Source: Ruminococcaceae bacterium UBA1375
GTDB lineage: Bacteria > Bacillota > Clostridia > Oscillospirales > Ruminococcaceae
DNA: 64,000 nucleotides
Reading direction: 5' to 3'
Assembly: GCA_002305795.1 (NCBI GenBank)
Contig: DBRF01000006.1
Span: forward strand, 3,409 to 67,408
The position numbers and the translations under genes are program-made. Shown here piece by piece: positions 8,096-18,230 of the stretch; within the stretch, counting starts at the first letter, position 1; every line of letters starts with the position of its first letter. The notes below the pieces were generated by a model. The model had not been told where the DNA came from. It worked only from the letters and a program-made list of their open reading frames with translations, and did not search any database.

Positions 8096-9408
8096 CTGTG
8101 CCGCCGCTTCCATTCCTTAATCTGCTCCAGCCTGTCTTTAAACTTCCCTTCCACTCCCTGCCGGGTGGGGCGGTAGTATTCCCGGCCCGCCAGGGAATCC
8201 GGCAGGCACTGCATGGTGGTGAGCTTGTCCTGGGTGTGGTGGGCGTACTGGTAGCCCTCTCCGTAGTGAAGCTCCTTCATCAGCCTGGTGGGGGCGTTGC
8301 GGATCACCAGAGGCACCGGCTCCGCCAGCTGGGTCAGGGCGTCCTGTTTGGCGTACTGGTAGGCCACGTCCAGGGCGTTGGACTTGGGGGCCAGGGAGAG
8401 GTACACCACCGCCTGGGTGAGATTTAAGTTGCACTCCGGCATCCCGATGTAGTGGCTGGCCTGGTAGGCAGCCACCGCCATCTCCAGCGCCCGGGGGTCC
8501 GCCAGCCCCACATCCTCGCTGGCAAACCGAATCAGCCGCCGGGCAACGTACAAAGGGTCTTCCCCCGCCTCCAGCATCCGGGCCAGCCAGTACACTGCCG
8601 CATCCGGGTCGGAGTTGCGCATGGACTTGTGGAGGGCGGAAATCAGGTTGTAGTGCTCCTCCCCCTGCTTGTCGTAGAGCAGGGTCTTTTTGGAGGTGCA
8701 CTGCTCCAAAATTTCCGGGGTGACGGTGACGGTATCCCCCTCCGTCTGCCCGTTGAGCACCACCATCTCCAGGGTGGACAGGGCAGTGCGGGCGTCCCCG
8801 TTGGCGAAGTTGGCGATGGCGGTGAGCAGCTGCGGGGCGATGTTCACCTTCTGCCCCCCGAAGCCGCGAGGGTCGGTGAGGGCCCGGCGGAGCAGGGCGG
8901 TCAAATCCTGGGCGGAAAGGCTTTGGAGAACAAACACCTTGCACCGGCTCAGCAGCGCCCCGTTGACCTCAAAGGAGGGGTTTTCGGTGGTGGCGCCGAT
9001 GAGGATGATGCTCCCCTTTTCCACAAAGGGCAAAAAGGCGTCCTGCTGGGCCTTGTTGAACCGGTGGATTTCGTCCACAAACACAATGGTCCGGGAACCG
9101 AACCGGCGGTTGTCCTCCGCCTGCTGCATCACCCCCCGGATTTCCTTAATCCCGCTGGTGACGGCGGAAAAATCCAGGAATGCCGCCTGGGTGCGGTGGG
9201 CGATGACCCGGGCCAGGGTGGTTTTGCCCACCCCCGGCGGCCCCCAGAAAATCATGGAGGAGATACGGTCGCTTTCGATGAGGCGGCGCAGCACCTTCCC
9301 CGGCCCCAGCAGGTGCTGCTGTCCCACAATCTCATCCAGGGTTTGGGGACGCAGCCGGGCGGCCAGGGGGGCGTCGTCGGGGTGCTGAAAAAGGGTCTGC
9401 TGTTCCAT
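8077..9408 (-). CDS. rarA: replication-associated recombination protein A (AAA+ ATPase RarA/MgsA)
   Basis: 443 aa with Walker A GPPGVGKTT, Walker B VFVDEIHRFNK and the MgsA C-terminal domain. Confidence 0.9.
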   Translation of the reverse strand: MEQQTLFQHPDDAPLAARLRPQTLDEIVGQQHLLGPGKVLRRLIESDRISSMIFWGPPGVGKTTLARVIAHRTQAAFLDFSAVTSGIKEIRGVMQQAEDNRRFGSRTIVFVDEIHRFNKAQQDAFLPFVEKGSIILIGATTENPSFEVNGALLSRCKVFVLQSLSAQDLTALLRRALTDPRGFGGQKVNIAPQLLTAIANFANGDARTALSTLEMVVLNGQTEGDTVTVTPEILEQCTSKKTLLYDKQGEEHYNLISALHKSMRNSDPDAAVYWLARMLEAGEDPLYVARRLIRFASEDVGLADPRALEMAVAAYQASHYIGMPECNLNLTQAVVYLSLAPKSNALDVAYQYAKQDALTQLAEPVPLVIRNAPTRLMKELHYGEGYQYAHHTQDKLTTMQCLPDSLAGREYYRPTRQGVEGKFKDRLEQIKEWKRRHREEKEK

Positions 9409-9643
9409 AAGGGACGCCTCCAGTCCGGTTGGTTTCTATGTTTATTATAGGGCATTTGCGCCGGAAATCAAGGGGCGGGAGAAAGAGCTGGCGTTGGGAA
9501 TCATAATCTTTTCTTAAGACGGGGATTTTCTTTTGAAATTTCATAATCCTGTCACAGTTTTGGGGTATTCTAAAAAAGAATCCTCCTTGCCAAGGGTTGA
9601 CCGGTGTGGTATCATGAAATGCAGACCCCCCTTGGGCGGGGAT

Positions 9644-11074
9644 ATGACCTTGAGAATACCGAAAAGGATTGTGAATAGATTGAACTGGAAAAAACCTTTT
9701 ACCGCAGCCCTGGCGGCGCTGGCCAGCGTGGTGCTGCTGATTACTCCCTTGAGCACCTCCGCTCTGACCTATACCCCCGACACCTTTGAAGTCCACAGTG
9801 AATCCGCCATTTTGGTGAACACCGACACCGGCACCGTGGTGTACGAGAAAAATGCGGACCAGCAGATGCTCCCCGCTTCTTTGGTGAAGATCATGACCTT
9901 TATCATCGCCGTGGAGACCTGGTCGGATTTGGACGGCACCACTATCACCATGTCCCGGGCGGTGCAGGACGAGCTTTACGGCCGGGACGCCTCCAACGCC
10001 GGTATTTTGGTGGGGGAAACGGTGACCCTGCGCAACCTCCTCTACGCCTTGATGCTCAACTCCGCCTGTGAAGCCGCCAGCATGATTGCCGAGTATTACG
10101 GGAACGGAGACCAGCAGCCCTTTATCGACGCCATGAACGCCAAGGCCCAGGAGATTGGCTGTACCAACACCCACTTCACCAACGCCCATGGCCTGGACGA
10201 CCCCAATCAGTATTCCACCGCTCGGGATATGTACCTGATTACCCAGTACGCCTACAATATGCCCATCTACGACGACCGGCCCCTGGATGCGGACAGCAAG
10301 GCCCAGTCCCAGCAGATTTTCGACGTGATTTCCTCCACCGACAACTATTATATTTCCCCCACCAATCTGCGGGACAAGCAGGTGGTGGTACACACCAACG
10401 CTATGGTGCGGGAAGGCAACGAGTATTACTACGAATACAGCCGGGGAGTGAAAACCGGCACCACCGACCAAAACACCAAAAATCTGGTGACGGCGGGGAG
10501 CAAGGACGGCTTCAACTACATCTGCGTGGTGATGGGAGCCCAGAATTTGGATGACGCCGGAAACGCCACCAACTACACCTACATCGACACCATCAACCTC
10601 TACGACTGGGCCTTCGACACCTTCGCCACCCGCACGGTGGTCACCACCGGGGACTATATCGAGGAAGCCAACGTCCAGCTGGCCAGCGGCAAGAACTATG
10701 TGCTGCTTTCCCCCGCCCAGGACGTCATCTGCCTGATTCCCAACGAGGATTTGCTGGACCTGTCCACCATCCAGAAGGTGGCCACCGTCAACGATGAGAT
10801 TCTGGCCCCGGTGCACAAGGGGGATGTGCTGGGCAGCCTGGAGCTGCGGCTTCAGGACGAGACCCTGGCCACGGTGGATTTGGTGGCCACCGAGGACGTA
10901 GAGGTGAGCTGGGTCAGCTGGACCTTCTATCAGATCGGGCAGTTTTTCACCAACATCTGGGTGATTCTGGCTCTTGTGGTCATTGTGGTGCTGGTGGTGA
11001 TTCTGATTCTGGTGCGGCCCAAACGGAAAAAGAAGGGCAGAGGCGGCAAGACCAAGTACCGGCATCTGCGGTGA
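9644..11074 (+). CDS. D-alanyl-D-alanine carboxypeptidase (serine-type, PBP5/DacB-like) with C-terminal membrane anchor
   Basis: The ORF opens at 9533. The likely start is ATG 9644 (MTLRIPKR..., signal/anchor AALAALASVVLLI). SxxK is present (ASLVKIMT) and KTG is present (GVKTGTT). The C-terminal TM segment is followed by a Lys/Arg tail. Confidence 0.85.
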   Translation: MTLRIPKRIVNRLNWKKPFTAALAALASVVLLITPLSTSALTYTPDTFEVHSESAILVNTDTGTVVYEKNADQQMLPASLVKIMTFIIAVETWSDLDGTTITMSRAVQDELYGRDASNAGILVGETVTLRNLLYALMLNSACEAASMIAEYYGNGDQQPFIDAMNAKAQEIGCTNTHFTNAHGLDDPNQYSTARDMYLITQYAYNMPIYDDRPLDADSKAQSQQIFDVISSTDNYYISPTNLRDKQVVVHTNAMVREGNEYYYEYSRGVKTGTTDQNTKNLVTAGSKDGFNYICVVMGAQNLDDAGNATNYTYIDTINLYDWAFDTFATRTVVTTGDYIEEANVQLASGKNYVLLSPAQDVICLIPNEDLLDLSTIQKVATVNDEILAPVHKGDVLGSLELRLQDETLATVDLVATEDVEVSWVSWTFYQIGQFFTNIWVILALVVIVVLVVILILVRPKRKKKGRGGKTKYRHLR

Positions 11075-11092
11075 GAAGCAGTGAGAAAGGAA

Positions 11093-11128
11093 AAACAACC
11101 GCTCCTTAGATGGGCGGTTGTTTCAGTT
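11093..11128 (+). terminator. intrinsic terminator after the carboxypeptidase gene
   Basis: acaaccgc / gcggttgt stem followed by a T-rich run. Confidence 0.65.
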
Positions 11129-11587
11129 TGTCGAAAAAATATTTGCAATCTCCTTGGCAGCTTTTACGCAAATCCCTCACGGATTGCCTGTAATCAGCCT
11201 TCAATAGGGGATGGAAAAGGAATGCCGGGACAAAGGCTTCCCCCAGGGGGGAAGCTGCCGCCGCAGGCGGCTGATGAGGGGGAAAGGGGAATTTTTCACC
11301 GGCAAAAACCGTGACGTACCGCAAAAATTGTCTGCTAAATTTCCCTGAGATGAAATGGGTTCACCCATGCCGCACCTCATCCTTGGCCGCACCGGTTTGC
11401 AGAAAAGCCAAACAGAAGTTAGCCCCATTGCCTTATGGGGAAATTGACAGGAATGTCATTTTTTGCTATAATCAGGCTACGGCGAAAGCCCACCTGCTTC
11501 GGCGGGGGAAGGATAAGGCATTTCAAACGGGAGTGGTTGATCCCCTGTACATCCGTCAAGTTATTTTGCTTGAAGGGAGGGGGTGAG

Positions 11588-11677
11588 ATGACATGGGAAG
11601 ATTTTTTCCTGTTCATCCAGACAGTTTTGTCTGCTCTTCTGGCATATTTTGCTTGGAAGAACAATCGGACAAAATGA
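11588..11677 (+). CDS. small hydrophobic peptide, putative type I toxin, module B
   Basis: ATG 11588 follows the SD gaaGGGAGGGGGtgag. The 29 codons give MTWEDFFLFIQTVLSALLAYFAWKNNRTK. Promoter: TTGACA 11444-11449, 17 nt, TATAAT 11467-11472. Confidence 0.7.
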   Translation: MTWEDFFLFIQTVLSALLAYFAWKNNRTK

Positions 11678-11764
11678 AAACAGCCGCTCGATTTGGCGCT
11701 TGAGCGGCTGTTTTCTTAACAGCTAAATCAAAGGGTCAACCGTTTCCGGTCTTATCCTTTTTCT
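11672..11764 (-). ncRNA. putative antitoxin sRNA convergent to toxin B
   Basis: Minus promoter TTGACA (11799-11794), 17 nt, TATAAT (11776-11771). The transcript reads ..AGAAAAAGGATAAGACCGGAAACGGTTGACCCTTTGA.. and ends at hairpin 11681-11710 (cagccgctcg...cgagcggctg in minus sense) plus ttttcatttt. It overlaps the toxin stop codon. Confidence 0.5.
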
Positions 11765-11855
11765 ATTTCCATTATACTGTTTTTTGGCCCCTCTGTCAAC
11801 CCGGGCAGGGATCTTTTCCAAACCCGGCAGAACCCCGCTCGGATAGCTGTACCCA

Positions 11856-12605
11856 TCATTTCTCTTTCTTAAACCGGTACTGCTGATAGGTCAGGTGTTC
11901 CCGCAGCAGATTCTTCAGGGCGTAGACTGCGGTTTTGGGGGTCTCCCGCTTGGGGAAGATAATCTGGAACCGGTTCTGCTTGCAGGTGAGGAAGTAGTGG
12001 CGCTTGGTCTCAATCACCGACTTAATCTGGGGGTACTTCACCTGGCTGGTTTTGCCGGTTTGGTGGCTGTACACTAAAAAGCCGATTTCGTCGTTGCCGA
12101 TGAGGTCGAACACCCGGGCTTTCACATAGGTCTTCTTGCAGTACCGGCCGAACCGGATGCGGTTAATCAGCAGCATGGCAAAGGGGTAGAGCAGGCAGAT
12201 GGCCGCCACCAGATAGGAACCCCAGAACAGGGTGCCTACCCCCACCAAAAACACCAGAATCGCCAAGGCGGTGTTGTACCAGCCGTTGACGTAGTAGTTA
12301 AACAGCATGGAGGCGAGATAATCTTGGGCCACCAAATGGACGGTGATTCGGAACCGCTCCCCCTCTTCCACCGGGGGCGGCTGGTCGCTGACTTCATCTT
12401 CGTCCTCGTCATCCTCGTCCACTTCGGTCTGATCTTCCTCCTCCGCGTCTTCTTCCGGGGCAGGGTCGTCCTCCCGGACCGGGGCATTCATATCGCTTTC
12501 CAGCCGGAGAAGGTCTTCTTCCTCTCCGGGCGGGATGGGTGCTTCCGGAAGAGGGGTGGACAGTTTCTCCTCCAATGGGGATTGGGTTGGGGTTTTTTCC
12601 TCCAT
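11856..12605 (-). CDS. membrane protein with YcxB-like C-terminal domain and acidic disordered N-terminus
   Basis: The ORF opens at 12722. The likely start is ATG 12605 (SD aAGGAGGccgaaacc). The N-terminal ~95 aa are rich in E/D/P. Two TM helices follow (ALAILVFLVGVGTLFW / YLVAAICLLYPFAMLLI), then a YcxB-type tail (recalled family). Confidence 0.6.
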   Translation of the reverse strand: MEEKTPTQSPLEEKLSTPLPEAPIPPGEEEDLLRLESDMNAPVREDDPAPEEDAEEEDQTEVDEDDEDEDEVSDQPPPVEEGERFRITVHLVAQDYLASMLFNYYVNGWYNTALAILVFLVGVGTLFWGSYLVAAICLLYPFAMLLINRIRFGRYCKKTYVKARVFDLIGNDEIGFLVYSHQTGKTSQVKYPQIKSVIETKRHYFLTCKQNRFQIIFPKRETPKTAVYALKNLLREHLTYQQYRFKKEK

Positions 12606-12794
12606 GGTTTCGGCCTCCTTCGCCAGGCTGCTCCCAGGGCAGTGGATTGGGCCAAACCGGCCAAACCGCAGCATCCGTGCAGCTGACTTTGTTATTTTAT
12701 CATATTTTTTTCCCCGGCACAACCGTTTTCGGCCTGGGATTGGGAGAGGGATGGTTTGTTAAAACATAATTTACAAAATATCCGAATCCTGTAC

Positions 12795-12823
12795 TTGACT
12801 TGTCTGGCCCTTGGTGGTACAGT
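12795..12823 (+). promoter_or_regulatory. promoter of the hrcA-grpE-dnaK-dnaJ operon
   Basis: TTGACT 12795-12800, 17 nt, TACAGT 12818-12823. Confidence 0.7.
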
Positions 12824-12827
12824 AGGT

Positions 12828-12854
12828 TTAGCACTCAGGAAAGAGGAGTGCTAA
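12828..12854 (+). promoter_or_regulatory. CIRCE operator (HrcA binding site)
   Basis: TTAGCACTC-aggaaagag-GAGTGCTAA is a perfect match to the TTAGCACTC-N9-GAGTGCTAA consensus. It lies immediately downstream of the -10 box. Confidence 0.95.
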
Positions 12855-12931
12855 AGAAAACAGGTAACATGAAAAAGGTTCCCCATCCTGTTTTTTCAGC
12901 ACCATTTCGGGAACAATCGAGGTGAAAGGCC

Positions 12932-13987
12932 ATGGGATTGGCAGGGCGCAAACAGATTGTGCTGGCTGCCGTTGTAGAGCATTATCTCCGCACCGGGGAG
13001 CCGGTGGGGAGCAAGGCGGTGTTGGAGCACGGGTCCTTAAACGTCTCCAGCGCCACCATCCGAAACGACATGGCTGCCTTGGAACGGGAAGGGTATCTGG
13101 AACAGCCCCACACCTCCGCCGGGCGGATTCCCACGGTGGCCGGGTGCCGGTACTATATCGAACACCTGATGCAGCCCTATGTGCTCTCTCCCCGGGAACG
13201 GGAGGAGATCGACTGCCGCCTGGACCAGGGGGACGGCGCCAACGCTGAGACGGTGGTGCAAAACGCTGCGGACGCCTTGAGCGAGATCACCCAGCTTGCG
13301 GTGGTCAACGCCAGCAACCTGCCCCGGTTCACGGTGATCAGCCAGGTAGAGGTGATTCCCGCCGGGAAACGGCTGTACGCTTTGCTGATGATTACCTCTT
13401 CGGGGGACATCAAAAACCGAATGTGCCGGCTCAGCGTGGATTTGACTCAGGAGCAGCTCACCTTCTTTGAAAATTTTCTCAGGGAAAATCTGGTGGGCCA
13501 GTCTCCCAGGGACTTGAACCCCGCCCAGCGGCAGAAGCTGGCGGTGGCCATGGGAAGCTACATGCTTTCTTTAAGCCCCCTGCTCCATGCGGTGTACGAG
13601 CTCAGCGAGCAGTTTTACCGGCAGAACATCAACATCAGCGGGGAAGGGAAGCTCCTCCTCCGCCCCGGGTTTGACAGCAGCGGCCTGGTGCGGTTCTTGG
13701 AAGAAAAGAATCAGCTGGCTCAGTTGCTGGGCGGGGCCTTCGGCGGGGTGCAGGTGATCTTCGGCAAAGAGGATTCCCCCTTTGCGGTGAGCAATTCCTC
13801 CCTGCTTTTGGCGCCCTATCAAATGGGCAGCCACCCCGGGGGGAGCTTGGGAATCATCGGTCCGGTGCGGCTGGATTATCGAAAGCTCATCCCCTACACC
13901 GAATATTTCTCCCAGAGCTTATCCCGGCAGTTAGGACAATTCGTGGAAGAAGAACATAAGGAAGGGCGATCTGATGACGGAGAATGA
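12932..13987 (+). CDS. hrcA: heat-inducible transcription repressor HrcA
   Basis: 351 aa with the N-terminal winged-helix block RKQIVLAAVVEHYLRTGEPVGSKAV. It is first in the dnaK operon behind CIRCE. Confidence 0.95.
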   Translation: MGLAGRKQIVLAAVVEHYLRTGEPVGSKAVLEHGSLNVSSATIRNDMAALEREGYLEQPHTSAGRIPTVAGCRYYIEHLMQPYVLSPREREEIDCRLDQGDGANAETVVQNAADALSEITQLAVVNASNLPRFTVISQVEVIPAGKRLYALLMITSSGDIKNRMCRLSVDLTQEQLTFFENFLRENLVGQSPRDLNPAQRQKLAVAMGSYMLSLSPLLHAVYELSEQFYRQNINISGEGKLLLRPGFDSSGLVRFLEEKNQLAQLLGGAFGGVQVIFGKEDSPFAVSNSSLLLAPYQMGSHPGGSLGIIGPVRLDYRKLIPYTEYFSQSLSRQLGQFVEEEHKEGRSDDGE

Positions 13988-14558
13988 AATGAAAAAAGCC
14001 AAAAAAGGCAAGCCGGAACAGCAGCCGGAAGCCAACCCGGCCCAGCCGGAACAAGAAGCCAAAAAGCCGGAAGACCAACCGGAAGAAAGCAAAGAGCAGC
14101 CCAGCCCGGCAGAGGATTCTGAGGTGAAAAAGCTCACCGAGGAAAACGCCCAGCTCAAGGACCAGCTTCTGCGCAAGATTGCGGAGTTTGACAATTTCCG
14201 CAAGCGCACCGTGCGGGAGAAGGAGGAGCTGGCGGCCCATGTGAAGGCAGGGTGCGCCGAGCCCATCATTTCCTTAATCGACAACTTCGAGCGGGCGCTG
14301 AGCTGTCCCTGCTCCGACACCGAGTTTTACAAGGGCATCCAGATGCTCTCCACCCAGTTTTCGGATATGCTGAAAAACCTGGGCATTGAGGAGATCGAAG
14401 CCCTGGGCAAGCCCTTTGACCCCAATCTGCACAATGCGGTGAATCAGGTGCAGGACGACCAGTACCCCGAGAACACCGTTTGCCAGGTGTTCCAGAAGGG
14501 GTATAAGATGGGGGATAAGGTGGTAAGGCACGCCATGGTGGTGGTGGCCAACCCATAA
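13974..14558 (+). CDS. grpE: nucleotide exchange factor GrpE
   Basis: 194 aa. It has a charged N-terminus, then LRKIAEFDNFRKRT and the C-terminal beta-domain FDPNLHNAV. It overlaps the hrcA stop by 14 nt. Confidence 0.95.
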   Translation: MTENEMKKAKKGKPEQQPEANPAQPEQEAKKPEDQPEESKEQPSPAEDSEVKKLTEENAQLKDQLLRKIAEFDNFRKRTVREKEELAAHVKAGCAEPIISLIDNFERALSCPCSDTEFYKGIQMLSTQFSDMLKNLGIEEIEALGKPFDPNLHNAVNQVQDDQYPENTVCQVFQKGYKMGDKVVRHAMVVVANP

Positions 14559-15014
14559 GTCATAGAAAATGACTTATGAAATCCCTCACTTGCCAGGCCA
14601 GATGTCCGGCCTGCCATCCGGCTTCGCCGGAACCGTTCGGGACTGCGGGTGGCTCCCCTGAGGGGAGCGGTTGGAAACTGCGGATACCGCCCACCGTCCT
14701 TGAGCGGACAAAGCTTTCCTCTCAAGGGGAAGTCCAGCTTGTCGAAAAAGGTCGCTAGCGGCCTTGGCCCCCTTTGACGAGGGGGCTGTCAGCGAAGCTG
14801 ACTGGGGGAGAGAAAGCGAGAAAGATCACTCTATCTTAGGAAGTGCAAAACAGGCTGTTTTCTCTCCCTCCGCCCATGCCGATGGCATGGACACCTCCCT
14901 CATCAGAGGGAGGCAAGACGCTAGACTTGTTTCCTAGCATTTCATTTAATTTAAGCGAACCCTTTAGATTTATGATAGAAATTTATAATTCACAATTTTT
15001 GGAGGTAGTATACT

Positions 15015-16877
15015 ATGGGAAAGATTATTGGTATTGACTTGGGCACCACCAACTCCTGCGTGGCCGTGATGGAAAACGGCGAACCGGTGGTCATCCCCAA
15101 CAGCGAAGGCGCTCGGACCACCCCCTCTGTGGTGGCATTCGGCAAAAACGGCGAGCGGATGGTAGGCCAGGTGGCAAAGCGTCAGGCAGTCACCAACCAT
15201 GACCGCACCATCTCCTCCATCAAGCGCCACATGGGCAGCGACTACCGTGTGACCATTGACGGCAAGGCCTATTCTCCCCAGGAAATCAGCGCCATGATTC
15301 TGCAAAAGCTGAAGGCAGACGCGGAAGCCTACCTGGGCGAAACCGTCACCGAAGCGGTGATTACCGTCCCCGCTTACTTCACCGACAGCCAGCGCCAGGC
15401 CACCAAGGACGCCGGTAAAATCGCCGGACTGGACGTAAAGCGGATTATCAACGAGCCCACCGCCGCCGCGTTGGCTTACGGTGTGGATAAGGAACAGGAA
15501 CAGAAGATCATGGTCTACGACCTGGGCGGCGGCACTTTCGACGTGTCCATCATTGAGATGGGCGACGGGGTGCAGGAAGTGCTGGCCACCGCCGGCAACA
15601 ACAAGCTGGGCGGCGACGACTTCGACCAGCGGATCATCGACTGGATGGTTTCCTCCTTTAAGCAGGAACAGGGCGTGGACCTGTCCAATGACAACATGGC
15701 CATGCAGCGGTTAAAGGAAGCGGCGGAAAAGGCCAAGATCGAGCTGAGTAACGTCACCACCAGCCAGATCAACCTGCCCTTCATCACCGCCGACGCCAAC
15801 GGCCCCAAGCACCTGGACATGACCCTCACCCGGGCCAAGTTCAATGAGCTCACCGCCGATTTGGTGGAAAAGACCATGGGCCCGGTGCGCCAGGCTCTCA
15901 GCGACTCCGGTTTGAGCCCCAACGATTTGAACAAGATTCTGCTGGTAGGCGGTTCTTCCCGGATTCCCGCCGTGCAGGAAGCGGTAAAGAACATCATGGG
16001 CAAGGAAGGCTTCAAGGGCATCAACCCCGATGAATGCGTGGCTATCGGCGCTTCCATCCAGGGCGGCGTGCTGGGCGGCGAGGTCAAGGGCCTGCTGCTG
16101 CTGGACGTCACTCCCCTGAGCCTGGGCATTGAAACCCTGGGCGGCGTCTGCACCAAGATGATTGAGCGGAACACCACCATCCCCACCAAGAAGAGCCAGA
16201 TTTACTCCACCGCCGCCGACGGCCAGACCAGTGTGGAAATCCACATTCTCCAGGGCGAACGGGAATTTGCCAAGGACAACAAGAGCCTGGGTATGTTCCA
16301 TCTGGACGGCATTGCCCCCGCTCCCCGTGGGGTGCCTCAGATCGAAGTGACCTTCGACATCGACGCCAACGGCATTGTCCACGTTTCCGCCAAGGATTTG
16401 GGCACCGGCAAGGAGCAGCAGATCACCATTACCTCCTCCACCAATATGTCCAAGGAAGACATTGATAAAGCGGTGAAGGAAGCCCAGGCCTACGCTGCCG
16501 AGGATAAGAAGCGCAAGGAAGAGGTGGACACCCGCAACGGCGCCGACCAGCTGATTTTCCAGTGCGAGAAGGCCATGAGCGACGCCGGGGATAAGATCAC
16601 CCAGGCGGATAAGGATACCGTCCAGCCCAAGATCGACGCCTTGAAGGAAGCCCTGAAGGGAACCAACATCGACGACATCAAGGCAAAGCAGGAGGAACTG
16701 CAAAAGGCCTTCTACGCCATCAGCGAAAAGATGTACCAGCAGGCGGCGGCTCAGCAGCAGGCAGCCCAGGGTCAGGCCGGTCCCAACAACATGGGCGGCA
16801 ACCCCGGCGGCCAGAACAACAATAACAACGGCGGCGACGACGGCTATGTGGACGCCGACTTCACTGAAGTGAAATAA
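15015..16877 (+). CDS. dnaK: molecular chaperone DnaK (Hsp70)
   Basis: 620 aa with [25 protein letters not shown] and [14 protein letters not shown]. Confidence 0.98.
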   Translation: MGKIIGIDLGTTNSCVAVMENGEPVVIPNSEGARTTPSVVAFGKNGERMVGQVAKRQAVTNHDRTISSIKRHMGSDYRVTIDGKAYSPQEISAMILQKLKADAEAYLGETVTEAVITVPAYFTDSQRQATKDAGKIAGLDVKRIINEPTAAALAYGVDKEQEQKIMVYDLGGGTFDVSIIEMGDGVQEVLATAGNNKLGGDDFDQRIIDWMVSSFKQEQGVDLSNDNMAMQRLKEAAEKAKIELSNVTTSQINLPFITADANGPKHLDMTLTRAKFNELTADLVEKTMGPVRQALSDSGLSPNDLNKILLVGGSSRIPAVQEAVKNIMGKEGFKGINPDECVAIGASIQGGVLGGEVKGLLLLDVTPLSLGIETLGGVCTKMIERNTTIPTKKSQIYSTAADGQTSVEIHILQGEREFAKDNKSLGMFHLDGIAPAPRGVPQIEVTFDIDANGIVHVSAKDLGTGKEQQITITSSTNMSKEDIDKAVKEAQAYAAEDKKRKEEVDTRNGADQLIFQCEKAMSDAGDKITQADKDTVQPKIDALKEALKGTNIDDIKAKQEELQKAFYAISEKMYQQAAAQQQAAQGQAGPNNMGGNPGGQNNNNNGGDDGYVDADFTEVK

Positions 16878-17064
16878 TCAAAACGTCTGGCGACGTTTTG
16901 CTGAGGATCGTTGTTGGGCGAGGGTTTCTTCCGGTGCTTTAGCGCCGCAGAAACCGTTGCAATAACCACATAAGAGAAAAACAGTCAGCGGATAGCATTC
17001 CAGACCCGGCCCGGGGAATACTGGGTCTGAGTCTGGAATCTGTCCCGTTTGAGGGGGAACAACC

Positions 17065-18222
17065 GTGGCGGATAAGAGAGATTATTACGAGGTGCTGGGG
17101 GTGCAAAAAGGCGCCGGGCAGGACGAAATTAAAAAAGCCTACCACAAGCTGGCCAAGCAGTACCACCCCGACCTGCACCCTGGGGACAAAGAAGCAGAAC
17201 AAAAATTCAAAGAGGTCAACGAAGCCTACGAGGTGCTCAGCGATGAGCAGAAGCGGGCCAAGTACGACCGGTTCGGCCACGCCGGGGTGGACCCCAACTA
17301 CGGGGCAGGCGGTCCGGGAGGGGCCGGGGGATTTGGCGGTTTCTCCGATTTAGGGGACATCTTCGAGAGCTTCTTCGGAGGCGGTTTCGGGGGCAGCACC
17401 CGCCGTGCCAACCCCAACGCACCCCGCCGGGGCAGCGACATCCGCACCAGCATTGTGCTGGACTTTATGGAAGCCTGCCACGGCTGTACCAAAACCGTAA
17501 CCATCAACCGGCAGGAAAACTGTTCCGCCTGCCACGGCACCGGCTGCGCTGCGGGGAAAAGCCCCCAGACCTGTCCGGACTGCCATGGCACCGGCCAGGT
17601 GCAGTACGTTCAGCGCACGCCTCTGGGCAGCATGAGCACCTCCCGGCCCTGTCCCAAGTGCGGGGGCAAGGGACAGATCATCAACGACCCCTGCGCCAAG
17701 TGCGGCGGAACGGGGCGGGAAAATGTCCGCAAGACCATCCAGGTCAACGTCCCTGCCGGCATCGACGACGGCCAGACCTTAGCGGTCCGGGGCCAGGGCA
17801 ATGCCGGATCCAACGGCGGCCCTGCCGGGGACTTGGGGGTTGCGGTGACGGTGCGGCCTGACCCGGTGTTTGAGCGGGACGGCTACGACATCCATTGCGA
17901 CTTCCCGGTGAGCTTCTACCAGGCGGTGGCGGGGTGCGAGCTGAAGGTGCCCACCATCGACGGGGAAGTGAAGTACACCATGCCCGCCGGCACTCAGCCC
18001 GGCACGGTGTTCCGGCTGCGGGGCCGGGGGGTCACCGCCCTCAACGGCCGGGGCCGGGGGGACCAGTACGTCCACATTGTGGTGGAGGTGCCCAAAAACG
18101 TCCGGGGCGAGAGCTTGGCAAAACTCAAAGAGTTTGAAAACACCTTAAACGAAAAAAATTACGCCAAGCAAAAAAGTTTCTTTGACAAATTGAAACAGCG
18201 GTTCGGAACGTCAGGAAACTGA
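17065..18222 (+). CDS. dnaJ: molecular chaperone DnaJ
   Basis: 385 aa with a GTG start. It has a J domain (YYEVLGV..HPD), a G/F region and four CxxCxGxG zinc-finger repeats. The stop codon lies inside hairpin 18205-18228. Confidence 0.95.
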   Translation: MADKRDYYEVLGVQKGAGQDEIKKAYHKLAKQYHPDLHPGDKEAEQKFKEVNEAYEVLSDEQKRAKYDRFGHAGVDPNYGAGGPGGAGGFGGFSDLGDIFESFFGGGFGGSTRRANPNAPRRGSDIRTSIVLDFMEACHGCTKTVTINRQENCSACHGTGCAAGKSPQTCPDCHGTGQVQYVQRTPLGSMSTSRPCPKCGGKGQIINDPCAKCGGTGRENVRKTIQVNVPAGIDDGQTLAVRGQGNAGSNGGPAGDLGVAVTVRPDPVFERDGYDIHCDFPVSFYQAVAGCELKVPTIDGEVKYTMPAGTQPGTVFRLRGRGVTALNGRGRGDQYVHIVVEVPKNVRGESLAKLKEFENTLNEKNYAKQKSFFDKLKQRFGTSGN

Positions 18223-18230
18223 CGTTCCTC

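Noticed and set aside
14554-14578. The hairpin cataagtcat-agaaa-atgacttatg directly after grpE considered as an operon-internal terminator.
   Set aside because: It has no T-tract downstream. dnaK and dnaJ have no CIRCE of their own, so read-through is expected. It is kept only as part of the structured-spacer observation.
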